A DNA stretch of 64,000 nucleotides, taken from the IMG/VR virus record IMGVR_UViG_3300042541_002760; one strand, 5' to 3'. The DNA is from a virus. The notes beneath the pieces were generated by a model. It was given only the letters and a program-made list of their open reading frames with translations, was not told the origin of the DNA and ran no database searches. Below, piece by piece: positions 47,980-56,857 of this stretch (positions within the stretch are counted from its first letter, which is position 1; every line of letters begins with the position of its first letter). A program made the translations under genes and the position numbers.

Positions 47980-49218
47980 TTAGGGTGTGAAATAATGATT
48001 GGGATAGTACTGTGATTCATCTTTTTTGTAATGTGTTCGAATTGCAGGAACAGCAACAATTGGATTTCGTGTTGTAGTTTCTGATTGTTTTTTAATTTTT
48101 CCCAATGTCGAACTAATCGATTGCAGATAGTACAAATACCAATCGGTATGTGCTGAGTCTCTACTGTATCTACTCAATATGAATCGATTGGTCTTATCTG
48201 CTCTTTGATAATTTTGCAGTGTCAAATTAACAGATGGTATTTCGCTATAGGTTTCTACAATATATGGATACAGACTGCTTTTGAATGGTGATGAGATTGA
48301 TGGATCATTAAAGTTGATAATACCATTGGGGTCGGGGCCGCAGAAGCAAAGATCGGGACCACCACCGCCACTCCCCGTGGTAAATCCATAATGAGTTACA
48401 GAATAGTCAGAAGATGAAAGAAGTACTTCATTGATTAAAGTAATTTCAGCCTCATTTATTTGTTCACCACCATGCCGCAATCCAACAAGTAATGTATCCC
48501 CTTGAGGAGTTAAAACAAAGGTGGGGCTTCCACTATCTCCTACCCATACGATAGGATCCATAGTTACTGATGGGTTACTGATCAAAGAAGGGCCTTCATT
48601 TAATCCTGCTGTACTTGAGATTGGAGATGAACTGTATGACCTAACACCCCCAGATGTGTCATAACCTGCCATACCCATTGACCTCTTGTATGTCCTGCTT
48701 TGACAATCATGAACCCACATATCACGACCTTTAGGAATATCCGACACATCAGCAATAACATCGTATATACGAACATCATTGATAGGAAAATCACTTTCAA
48801 ATTCCAATATAGAGTGATCTATCTGTTGAGAAAAATGAGTGACATTTACAACTTGGCGAGAATGGCGAATGCCAGACTTACCTAAGAATGTGTAGAATTC
48901 ATTCTTTCGTGGAAATGTCCCACGATAGTGCTGACATATAATTGCATGTTTGGGGGAGATAAGAACTGCACATGGATTTGTTGTATTCCAAAAGTTGATA
49001 CTGTTAATGTCAAACTCAATGTTATAGTATTGTGATGGATCAAACACCTGAGCAAATCCACGAGGACGAAGGGAAACTCCTGAAAAATCAACTGCCGCCC
49101 CTTGACAAAAGGGGTTAAATCCTATCTGCTCACCATAAACAAGCGGATCCCGTGTTGCTTCGGGAGAGTAGGTATGAATATCATGCTTACGGAGATTGTA
49201 TGTTTTTAAGATTGCCAT
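47980..49218 (-). CDS. trypsin-like serine protease
   Basis: AVLISPKHAIICQH (His), IDHSILEF (Asp), GDSGSP (Ser), LLVGL. Confidence 0.8.
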   Translation of the reverse strand: MAILKTYNLRKHDIHTYSPEATRDPLVYGEQIGFNPFCQGAAVDFSGVSLRPRGFAQVFDPSQYYNIEFDINSINFWNTTNPCAVLISPKHAIICQHYRGTFPRKNEFYTFLGKSGIRHSRQVVNVTHFSQQIDHSILEFESDFPINDVRIYDVIADVSDIPKGRDMWVHDCQSRTYKRSMGMAGYDTSGGVRSYSSSPISSTAGLNEGPSLISNPSVTMDPIVWVGDSGSPTFVLTPQGDTLLVGLRHGGEQINEAEITLINEVLLSSSDYSVTHYGFTTGSGGGGPDLCFCGPDPNGIINFNDPSISSPFKSSLYPYIVETYSEIPSVNLTLQNYQRADKTNRFILSRYSRDSAHTDWYLYYLQSISSTLGKIKKQSETTTRNPIVAVPAIRTHYKKDESQYYPNHYFTP

Positions 49219-49224
49219 AGTTTT

Positions 49225-50964
49225 TTAGGGGTTTGGTGTGAAGGTGCAATTAAATCCATCCCATTCCGCTATGCCACATGCTTCTGAAGATTGACAACAG
49301 GCAGGAGGAACAGGATTACAATTGTCTTGGGTAGGTACGCAAATACCATCAACACATGTTGAGCAAATAGGACAAGCAACTGGTGGCGGCCCCGCACACA
49401 AATCAGGTGGTGGACATTTACAATCAATTCCTCCACTACTATCCTCTCCCCATGACTGTCCACCAAAAGTAGGAATACCTTCCGAGAATTGAGTCTCTAG
49501 TTGAACTGCTGAGAATGTTTTGGGGGCTGTTGGATTTTTTGCCGAACGCATCCATCCATTTGCTCCCGCAGCACTCTGTGATTTTTGTGTGTCATATCTT
49601 GAGACATTTACAGACTCTCGAATTTCATTCAAGTATCCCATGGTTTCATTTGAGCAGAATCTAAGAAGTTCCCTCTTTACATTTGTGTCTGTGTATCCAC
49701 CGACAGGGAAATATCCATCGGAATATGCACCACCATATAGCATGTTAGAAAACATATTACGAGATCGAGTCTGTAACGAATACAGTGAATTGTTTTCACT
49801 TACATTACCTGTGCATGCTGCTTCAATCATCGAAGGGACTCCATCGCGATAGACGAATCCATCTGCTCCTCCCAATACGGCAGCATCAATCATGTCAAGT
49901 CTAAAAGTAATTAGGGGATAATAAGAATTTGCTGCATTACCCGATATTCCAATATATGATGTCCCACCAATATCCAAATAAAAACCGTCTTGGGCTGTTC
50001 TTCTCAGATATGATTCTCTGTATACTCCACCATAATCATCATATTGTGTCATTGCCCTTGATGGATATGTGCTCGATATGAGGGGATATGTTACTGCAAG
50101 TTTTGACCTTCCATATTGCGAAGCCATATCAACAAGTTTTTCGTTTCTCTTGTAGTTTGCGACAGGACTGTATCCATAAGAATAGAATGGCAATGAGGTT
50201 GCCTGTGGAATTCGAATATCGGGACACATCCAACCAATATTGCAGTTGTCTAGTACTTGTCGTTGCGGGCCATTGTTAACAACTGTTTGATAGAAGGCAG
50301 ACAGTTCGCTTGGAATATTCTCCCATGTATACAGCAGACTGCTTTCTGCTGAACCTCCTGTTGGGTGTTGTGCATCCCACCATGTGGCATTGCCTGTGGT
50401 GCCATTTGTAAGCGATTTGTCCCACAGAGGTGCATTTCCCGAGAGTGGAGCATAGACAGTCTCGAACGGGAGATGAGGAAGTCCTGCGATTGCCCACTTG
50501 ATATTTGGATATCGTGTTGATAACTGTCCAAACAGAGTTGTTACGCCATTGATGTATTTTTGGCAGTTATTGGACAATGCAATCGATGCCGTAGATCCTC
50601 TTGCAGGCCCAATAATACCGTCTCCAATGATTTGAACCCAATCCGATGAACCTTGAAGATCGATAATACCCAATCCCGATGTGCTGTTGTTGACGGGGAA
50701 CTTTGACTGTATGTACCCCGTAACCGCCGCAGATGCCCCGAGAGCGTTCGAGAAGTAAGTAAGCCCTGCGTCTGAGACAAAGCATGCAACGAGGTTCCCT
50801 GTGCCTCCTATGTCGTTTGAAAGAGAGTTGAATAGGGCATCTACATGCTGCCCATATATCCCATAATCATTTTGTGGGAGCGAATAGGTCACTCCTGCCG
50901 AAAACACCTTGCTTGTGGCAAAGGAGTAGGCATGGTTGTAGATTTGATAATAACTGTTTGGCAT
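49225..50964 (-). CDS. hypothetical protein; possible GH56 hyaluronidase-like TIM barrel with Cys/Pro-rich tail
   Basis: GLGIIDLQ, RYPNIKWAIAGLP, WMCPDI, AAVLGGADGFVY occur in GH56 motif order; Cys-rich C-terminus; late box at 50976-50982. Confidence 0.5.
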   Translation of the reverse strand: MPNSYYQIYNHAYSFATSKVFSAGVTYSLPQNDYGIYGQHVDALFNSLSNDIGGTGNLVACFVSDAGLTYFSNALGASAAVTGYIQSKFPVNNSTSGLGIIDLQGSSDWVQIIGDGIIGPARGSTASIALSNNCQKYINGVTTLFGQLSTRYPNIKWAIAGLPHLPFETVYAPLSGNAPLWDKSLTNGTTGNATWWDAQHPTGGSAESSLLYTWENIPSELSAFYQTVVNNGPQRQVLDNCNIGWMCPDIRIPQATSLPFYSYGYSPVANYKRNEKLVDMASQYGRSKLAVTYPLISSTYPSRAMTQYDDYGGVYRESYLRRTAQDGFYLDIGGTSYIGISGNAANSYYPLITFRLDMIDAAVLGGADGFVYRDGVPSMIEAACTGNVSENNSLYSLQTRSRNMFSNMLYGGAYSDGYFPVGGYTDTNVKRELLRFCSNETMGYLNEIRESVNVSRYDTQKSQSAAGANGWMRSAKNPTAPKTFSAVQLETQFSEGIPTFGGQSWGEDSSGGIDCKCPPPDLCAGPPPVACPICSTCVDGICVPTQDNCNPVPPACCQSSEACGIAEWDGFNCTFTPNP

Positions 50965-50998
50965 AGGGTTCTCTCTATTTAGCCCTTATCCAAAATCA

Positions 50999-51454
50999 TT
51001 ATTTCTTTGCAGCATTCTTGACCAACTGCTGCCCAAATACAATAACCTTATCTACCGATTTCCCAATACATTCGTTCGAGTAGATCATCTCTGAAATCTC
51101 TCGTTCTTTGGTATGGTCATGCTTGAAACGCATTATTTCTTTTTTCGATACAGGCGTTTCGTCATGCTTGAATGTAATGTTATTGAGACCGACTAGGTCA
51201 TCAAGATCATCCACCTCTTCGATATCTTTGTTTACGAATTCGTCATAGTCCAAAATTGGCAGGGTAAAGGCAGATGCCATTGCCGACCAACATTCCAAAA
51301 TTTCGGTGGCATTTTCCCCAAAAGGCTCAATTGGGCGTTCGGTAATGCCATTTGGCTCACCGAGTTGATTGTAATAGGTTTCGTGAATCCCGTAGGTAAC
51401 ATAGTCGTTAACCCCGACTTTTTGGACTCTCTTGACAAGGCGGTAATCCCACAT
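50999..51454 (-). CDS. hypothetical protein (W.YR...YGIHE.YY family)
   Basis: AGGAGG SD; ATAAATA box at 51520-51526. Confidence 0.75.
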   Translation of the reverse strand: MWDYRLVKRVQKVGVNDYVTYGIHETYYNQLGEPNGITERPIEPFGENATEILECWSAMASAFTLPILDYDEFVNKDIEEVDDLDDLVGLNNITFKHDETPVSKKEIMRFKHDHTKEREISEMIYSNECIGKSVDKVIVFGQQLVKNAAKK

Positions 51455-51611
51455 AGCGCACCTCCTGTTGTCATCGATGGTTGCAAGGATGCATCACGGA
51501 AACAGATCAATGACGCAGGTATTTATCAAATATCGCATACAAGAACTCAAACAGTTGTCTCCTTTTTGGTAAAACCCAATGACTCTGTAACCCATACCAT
51601 AAAGAAAATAT

Positions 51612-51619
51612 TATAAATA
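51612..51619 (+). promoter_or_regulatory. canonical T4 late promoter TATAAATA
   Basis: Followed by GAGGAGG and ATG 51644. Confidence 0.75.
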
Positions 51620-51643
51620 TAACTGACTGAGGAGGATCCACTT

Positions 51644-52240
51644 ATGGATGGTAGAAATCGTCAGTTCGTAAAACATGTGCGTGATCATTTAGCACAGTAC
51701 GGCATGAAACTCATCATCGGAAAAGGCAAGTGTGTCAATGTCGATGGATTTCGTTGCTCAGGATGTTTTGATGAATCGGGTAAGGCAATTCGCATAGCGC
51801 GACATTGTAAATTTCTACCTGTATTAGTTCACGAGTATTGTCATTTTCTACAATACATCAACAACAGCAAAGTCTATGAGAAATCATACAAAGCCTCGAC
51901 CATCGTTGACGGCTGGCTAAAAGGTAAAAACTATGCCCCCAAAGAAGTGAAGAGGGCATTTTTTATTGTTCGAGCAATGGAAAGAGATTGTGAGAAACGA
52001 GCAGTTCGTTTAATTGAACTGTTTCAATTGAACATCGACAAAGAGATGTATGCAAAACGCGCTCATGTGTATATCTACAGCCACTTCATGATGGAGAAAT
52101 CCCGCAAGTTCTATTCATTCAAGCGGAATCCGTATTACTGTCAAAGCGTTTTACGCATCATGCCTTCGACTATGGCAGTCCTAAGCCATGTGTCAATTCC
52201 AACGAAGGTATATTCGGTTCTGTATTCTCTGATGAAATAG
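51644..52240 (+). CDS. HExxH zinc metallopeptidase-like protein
   Basis: VLVHEYCHFLQY with downstream ERDCE. Confidence 0.7.
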   Translation: MDGRNRQFVKHVRDHLAQYGMKLIIGKGKCVNVDGFRCSGCFDESGKAIRIARHCKFLPVLVHEYCHFLQYINNSKVYEKSYKASTIVDGWLKGKNYAPKEVKRAFFIVRAMERDCEKRAVRLIELFQLNIDKEMYAKRAHVYIYSHFMMEKSRKFYSFKRNPYYCQSVLRIMPSTMAVLSHVSIPTKVYSVLYSLMK

Positions 52241-52244
52241 AATA

Positions 52245-52538
52245 CTAGAACTTCGTTACTTCTCTTCCGCTCTCATTGACTGTGACATTTTGATTGTCAA
52301 ACATGGCGCGACAATTTGTAAGATGTTCGCCACTCATGTTCAATGCGGATCGGCAGGTATTGAAGATATTGGCAAATGCGTTTTTGCCCTTCTTGCATGA
52401 ACAGGTATTTGGATTTGTATAGACTGCCATCAGTATATAAAAATTACCAATTGGGCCATGTGCTTCGATTGTAGCACCACCCTTTGCATGGATTGCCATG
52501 TAAAACTCTTGCATGCTATTGAAAGTGATTTCACTCAT
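52245..52538 (-). CDS. hypothetical protein (CSC motif)
   Basis: 97-aa ORF overlapping the upstream stop. Confidence 0.6.
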   Translation of the reverse strand: MSEITFNSMQEFYMAIHAKGGATIEAHGPIGNFYILMAVYTNPNTCSCKKGKNAFANIFNTCRSALNMSGEHLTNCRAMFDNQNVTVNESGREVTKF

Positions 52539-52923
52539 CTGAAGGTTCTCCCGATTGTACTAGGTATTTATCAACCATTCGGAACAGCGAGTATCCGAGT
52601 TGAGATCCAAGATACACAATTGGCAAATTAACAATTGAATGGTAATTTACAAGAATCAGGGATATCCAAAATCCCAAACAATATCGACAGTTGAACAGTT
52701 CGATCATAAAGCCATTATGGTTCCATGTCATGTACTGAGAATACGAAGGGGGAATTGCAATTCCAGAATTTTGAAGTTGCTTTTCGTATTCCTTGATATG
52801 GGTAAAGTAATTTAGAAACGGAAGCAGTTTTGTAAAACTCTTTGCATAGGTGTATACAACCGATGTCTCATACAGCAAAAAGAGTAACATGACAGCCCAT
52901 AATGTAGAAATCAATATATCCAT
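52531..52923 (-). CDS. membrane protein with CxxC-GFW motif (DUF1360-like)
   Basis: Hydrophobic helices; ELFNCRYCLGFWISL. Confidence 0.6.
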   Translation of the reverse strand: MDILISTLWAVMLLFLLYETSVVYTYAKSFTKLLPFLNYFTHIKEYEKQLQNSGIAIPPSYSQYMTWNHNGFMIELFNCRYCLGFWISLILVNYHSIVNLPIVYLGSQLGYSLFRMVDKYLVQSGEPSDE

Positions 52924-52934
52924 GTTTATTCCTG

Positions 52935-54860
52935 TTAATTGGTTAGGTCTACTACTTCACATGATCCTGCACTGCATGCAAAGGTTTGAGAACTCTTAGT
53001 GGAGTCTTCCTTTTCATACTTCATCAACTCGCTCCAATCAATAGAGAGCGGAAGTTTTGCTGCTGCTGCTTCGTACTCTTCCTTGGTGCAGTCCTGATAT
53101 GGAGCCTGAACATAGGAGTGATCCGAATGGGGCAAGAAACTCACACCCGATACTTCATCAAAGTGTGCATAGACCCATGCTCCCACTGCCATCCACTCAT
53201 ACTCCTTGACAGTCACCGTGATAGACGGCTTGTGTTCGCACCAATGTCGTTGATAAGTAAGCCACAACTCAAGATGCTGAATAGCAGTCAGGTCTGTACG
53301 GGTAATTGATCCCACAGCCTTCTGTGGGAACGAGAACACCATTGTGTGATCAGGACGCATAGCACATGGTTCAGCAGGGAATCCCTTGTCAATCATGAAC
53401 TGACACATGGGATCTTTAATATCTGCACGAACAGTACGAATGTAGTACTGATTATGACGAGGGTGAATGCCACTTGCGGAATCGGTCAACTGAGACACGG
53501 TTCCACTAGGCTTCACACAAGTAATCGCAGCAGCAGGATTGATGCCAATCTTCTTTGCCCACTCCTTGTTGGTTTCAATAGCAGTGGTACGAAGATTGAC
53601 AAGCAGTCTTTCCAATTCAGCACCCTGCCCCCGCATCAGTTTGTTGTCAAGAATGCCTGTGAGTGAAACACCAAGCAAGCATTCTTCTTCACAGTTCTTC
53701 TTCCACTCACTTGAGAGGTATGGGAAATTAGTAAGTGAGGCTTGCCATGTACCGAGAATGGTGGCAAGACGAACCTTGCGCTTCAGGGTATCAGGAGTGT
53801 CATCTGTACGAACAATTACTTCAGACAGATTGCAGAATTCCTTGTCGCGCAGAATGATCTCAGAGCAAGGATTCGTTCCGAACTCGTAAGTGGGATCACG
53901 GCGATCACCAAGTTTCTCCACAGTTTTCTGTGCAGCCTGACGATTAAAGATACCGCGTTCGCCACTCTTGGACTTGTAGAGTGAAAGCCACTCTTCCATG
54001 AATACGCCGATCTCGGGCTTCTCCTTGTATGAAACCGAATTGTTGGCTAATGCTCGTTGTGGATTTTCCAACCACCACTGCCCGACTTTAGCATCGCGCA
54101 TTCTCTCATCGGTGAGGTTTGAAAGAGAGATAAGAGCAGATCTACGCACTCCTCCAACCACAACAATTTCCGCAATCTTGCAGATGATGTCATGACACTC
54201 AATAGATGTGAGTTTTCTACCTGCACTCTTCTTAAAAGTACTGACGGTAAATCGGAAGAGATCTTCCAATGGCTGTGGCCCACTTGCTCGTCCACCGAAA
54301 GTCTTGAGACGCGCACCAAGAGGACGAATCTTAGAGGTGTCCCATCGGGGAATTTGACCTCCAATAAGTAGGGACACTAATTCGCGGTAGGCTTTTGCCC
54401 AACCTTCCTTAGAGTCCTTGACCACAATGAGTGTATCGCTTTGTGTAAACTCTTCAGCAATGGTAGGAAGTTTTTCAACATACTGTCTTTCCACACTAAA
54501 GCCAACTCCTGTGCCACACATAAGCACATAGAGGATCTCATCAAAGGCACGAACCTTGTTCACGGCAACATATGAGCAGTTGTATCCTGCGGTGTTGTCA
54601 CGCTTTAGGGCTTCTCCTGCGGTCATGAGAGAGCGCATGGAGGGCATTACCTCAAGGTTCAGAACTGCATCATGCAATTCATCGCGTACAGCCTTATTCA
54701 GTTTTACTCCCTTTTCATCAAAATGCTCATCAAAGAAACGGAAATAGCGATTAACTGTTTCCTCCCATGACTCTCGCCGCTTTGGGGATTCTGTGTCGAG
54801 CCAACGAGAATAACGAGAAAGATGAATGAATTCTTGATACAGTGTGGGAAGTGATTTCAT
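52935..54860 (-). CDS. nrdJ: class II (adenosylcobalamin-dependent) ribonucleotide reductase
   Basis: SRYSRW..RRESWEETV, YNCSY, GTGVGFSVE, GGVRRSA, TNPCSEI, TCVKPSGTVS, C-terminal ACSAGSCEV. Confidence 0.92.
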   Translation of the reverse strand: MKSLPTLYQEFIHLSRYSRWLDTESPKRRESWEETVNRYFRFFDEHFDEKGVKLNKAVRDELHDAVLNLEVMPSMRSLMTAGEALKRDNTAGYNCSYVAVNKVRAFDEILYVLMCGTGVGFSVERQYVEKLPTIAEEFTQSDTLIVVKDSKEGWAKAYRELVSLLIGGQIPRWDTSKIRPLGARLKTFGGRASGPQPLEDLFRFTVSTFKKSAGRKLTSIECHDIICKIAEIVVVGGVRRSALISLSNLTDERMRDAKVGQWWLENPQRALANNSVSYKEKPEIGVFMEEWLSLYKSKSGERGIFNRQAAQKTVEKLGDRRDPTYEFGTNPCSEIILRDKEFCNLSEVIVRTDDTPDTLKRKVRLATILGTWQASLTNFPYLSSEWKKNCEEECLLGVSLTGILDNKLMRGQGAELERLLVNLRTTAIETNKEWAKKIGINPAAAITCVKPSGTVSQLTDSASGIHPRHNQYYIRTVRADIKDPMCQFMIDKGFPAEPCAMRPDHTMVFSFPQKAVGSITRTDLTAIQHLELWLTYQRHWCEHKPSITVTVKEYEWMAVGAWVYAHFDEVSGVSFLPHSDHSYVQAPYQDCTKEEYEAAAAKLPLSIDWSELMKYEKEDSTKSSQTFACSAGSCEVVDLTN

Positions 54861-54886
54861 GACGAACTCCTAATGATGCGTAGGGG

Positions 54887-54893
54887 TATTTAG
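54887..54893 (-). promoter_or_regulatory. late promoter (CTAAATA) for nrdJ
   Basis: Intergenic; followed by AGGAG and the ATG. Confidence 0.65.
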
Positions 54894-54944
54894 AAGAGCA
54901 TCCAATGCTTCTTTTACATGAGAATATATTCTTCTAAAGGATAT

Positions 54945-54973
54945 AATATACCCTATAGTGCAGGGGTTGTCAA
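54945..54973 (-). promoter_or_regulatory. sigma70-type promoter for nrdJ (TTGACA-N17-TATATT)
   Basis: Read directly from the minus strand. Confidence 0.7.
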
Positions 54974-55027
54974 GCACTATGCTCGTGTATCACAGTCGCT
55001 TATTGAGATATTCAAATTATGTTGAAT

Positions 55028-56836
55028 TTAATTTTTAGATGGATCACAGCCTTGCTTTGGGACACCATTAACATCAAGATGTCCAAAATATGTTGTAATA
55101 TCGGGGCATAGTTTTCTTAACTCGGGAAGGTCGAGATTCCCAGGGAAGGCGAGTGTCTGGAGACAAAAATTTGTTTGCGGATAGGGCGTACAACGCAATC
55201 TGCCAATAGATGCATTTGCCCCTGGGCTAAACCCATCTGGGGTGACGATATTTCCAGTATGACCGCCTTGTGATTCAAACCCTGGATTGCGACCATAGCA
55301 TGGTGATCCATTTGGATTACATCCTGGAACTATCAAATACCGTGCCCGATGTGGCTGATAACCATACCCAATAAAGTTAGCATTTGTTTGTGGAGTGCCA
55401 CTGTGTAGTCTGATGGTTCCTGTGCTACCGTGACTGCACTCGTCAAGCGTAAAATGATGTCTCGCTGGATGTCGTTCGCACGGTGGATCTGCATCAATAC
55501 TATAACCATGATGACCTGAACATGAACTATCTTGCAAGATGTTTGCATTTCCAATCAGAAAAAGGTGCTTCCATCTATCTTCTGTTGTGGCAGGGGTAAA
55601 CAAAGGTTCATCCCATAGGAAAATATTGGGGAAAAGAAAATTAGCACCAAGACCACCATCCGTGGGATTATCTGTTCCCTGTGCTGCAACACCTTCGGCA
55701 AATCGATTCATAACCCATCGAACCATTTGTGTGCCGTCTGCGGATATTCCTGTGGGATCAACAGTTTTCCACCAATCAGGTCTTATTTTTGAATTAATAT
55801 TTGCGGGATCAAAAGAACCTCCATATGTTTCAAACATATCTGCATGAATTTTATAATATATTGCATGAAGTAATGACGATACAGAGCAAGTAGGAATTCC
55901 AATCGCCCTGCCCTCATAAGAGGTATTGTCGTTATAGTAGGAATGGGCATTATAACATTGAAAAGAAAAACTTCCTTTTTGTGCACCTGTCGTGCCGAAC
56001 GGATTTGGAGCATAGTGCCCAACACTCCATGCGGGATCAGGCTCTGTTTCGCCTTCAGTACATGTCGGAAGAACTCTATACTGTGCAGTATATCCACCAA
56101 ATAATGGCAATGTAAGTACATGATCAGGAAGTGGAAATTGCCTTCCAAAAGAATTTTCCATCCCACTAATTCCTGTAACTCCGTATGGTATATTACCACT
56201 AGGAGTTGTCGGAAGTGATCCAACCATTAAGTTTTGTGCATGCTCAGGATTTGCGCCTCGCGTTGCAACACGAACCATGCTATATTCATCAGCACAATTT
56301 GCACCATGTGCCATATAGCCTGTATATCGATATCGATTGAATCCAGAAATTACTTGAAATCTACTAGGAACGCTGACCTGACCACCAGGAGCCATTGCAT
56401 AAGGTTGTTTTCTAATCACCGCAGGAGGGCTTGTGGGGCTTGAAGGAGATGCATAGTAATATGCATTTCCTGCGGAATTTTTTTCATAATCACATGGGTT
56501 GATTTGACGCGGGTCACCGTTAACATCGGTAAGAGCATTGGGGCTTGTGCAGTACAGTAATCCTAACTCTTGACTCAATGATGGGCGACCACTACCGCCT
56601 AGGCGGCTGTATCGATCAACGCCAGGAAGTGGATAAATTGTCCAAGAACAGTCACTCCCGTCCACCTCAATGCAAGTTTCTAGTTGGCAAATACCCTGAC
56701 CGTTTGGGCAATAACCATAGCATATGGTTCCCGAACATTCAGGCTCACCTTGACATGAAGGACATATAAAATCAGCAGGACATTCGGGGAAAAACCCTGT
56801 TGTTTGTGGATATAATTTATGCCATGCCCAGCCCAT
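55028..56836 (-). CDS. Cys/Gly/Pro-rich hypothetical protein
   Basis: 602-aa ORF with AAAGGA SD; dense Cys cluster in the N-terminal 65 aa. Confidence 0.7.
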   Translation of the reverse strand: MGWAWHKLYPQTTGFFPECPADFICPSCQGEPECSGTICYGYCPNGQGICQLETCIEVDGSDCSWTIYPLPGVDRYSRLGGSGRPSLSQELGLLYCTSPNALTDVNGDPRQINPCDYEKNSAGNAYYYASPSSPTSPPAVIRKQPYAMAPGGQVSVPSRFQVISGFNRYRYTGYMAHGANCADEYSMVRVATRGANPEHAQNLMVGSLPTTPSGNIPYGVTGISGMENSFGRQFPLPDHVLTLPLFGGYTAQYRVLPTCTEGETEPDPAWSVGHYAPNPFGTTGAQKGSFSFQCYNAHSYYNDNTSYEGRAIGIPTCSVSSLLHAIYYKIHADMFETYGGSFDPANINSKIRPDWWKTVDPTGISADGTQMVRWVMNRFAEGVAAQGTDNPTDGGLGANFLFPNIFLWDEPLFTPATTEDRWKHLFLIGNANILQDSSCSGHHGYSIDADPPCERHPARHHFTLDECSHGSTGTIRLHSGTPQTNANFIGYGYQPHRARYLIVPGCNPNGSPCYGRNPGFESQGGHTGNIVTPDGFSPGANASIGRLRCTPYPQTNFCLQTLAFPGNLDLPELRKLCPDITTYFGHLDVNGVPKQGCDPSKN

Positions 56837-56857
56837 AGTGTTCCTTTCAGTTAATCA

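Noticed and set aside
51455-51643. tRNA or other RNA gene in the larger intergenic gaps
   Set aside because: No cloverleaf or T-loop signature here, at 41224-41446 or at 54861-55027.
54900-54975. NrdR box or cobalamin riboswitch upstream of nrdJ
   Set aside because: No convincing match to the NrdR consensus, and the leader is too short and lacks the B12-box.
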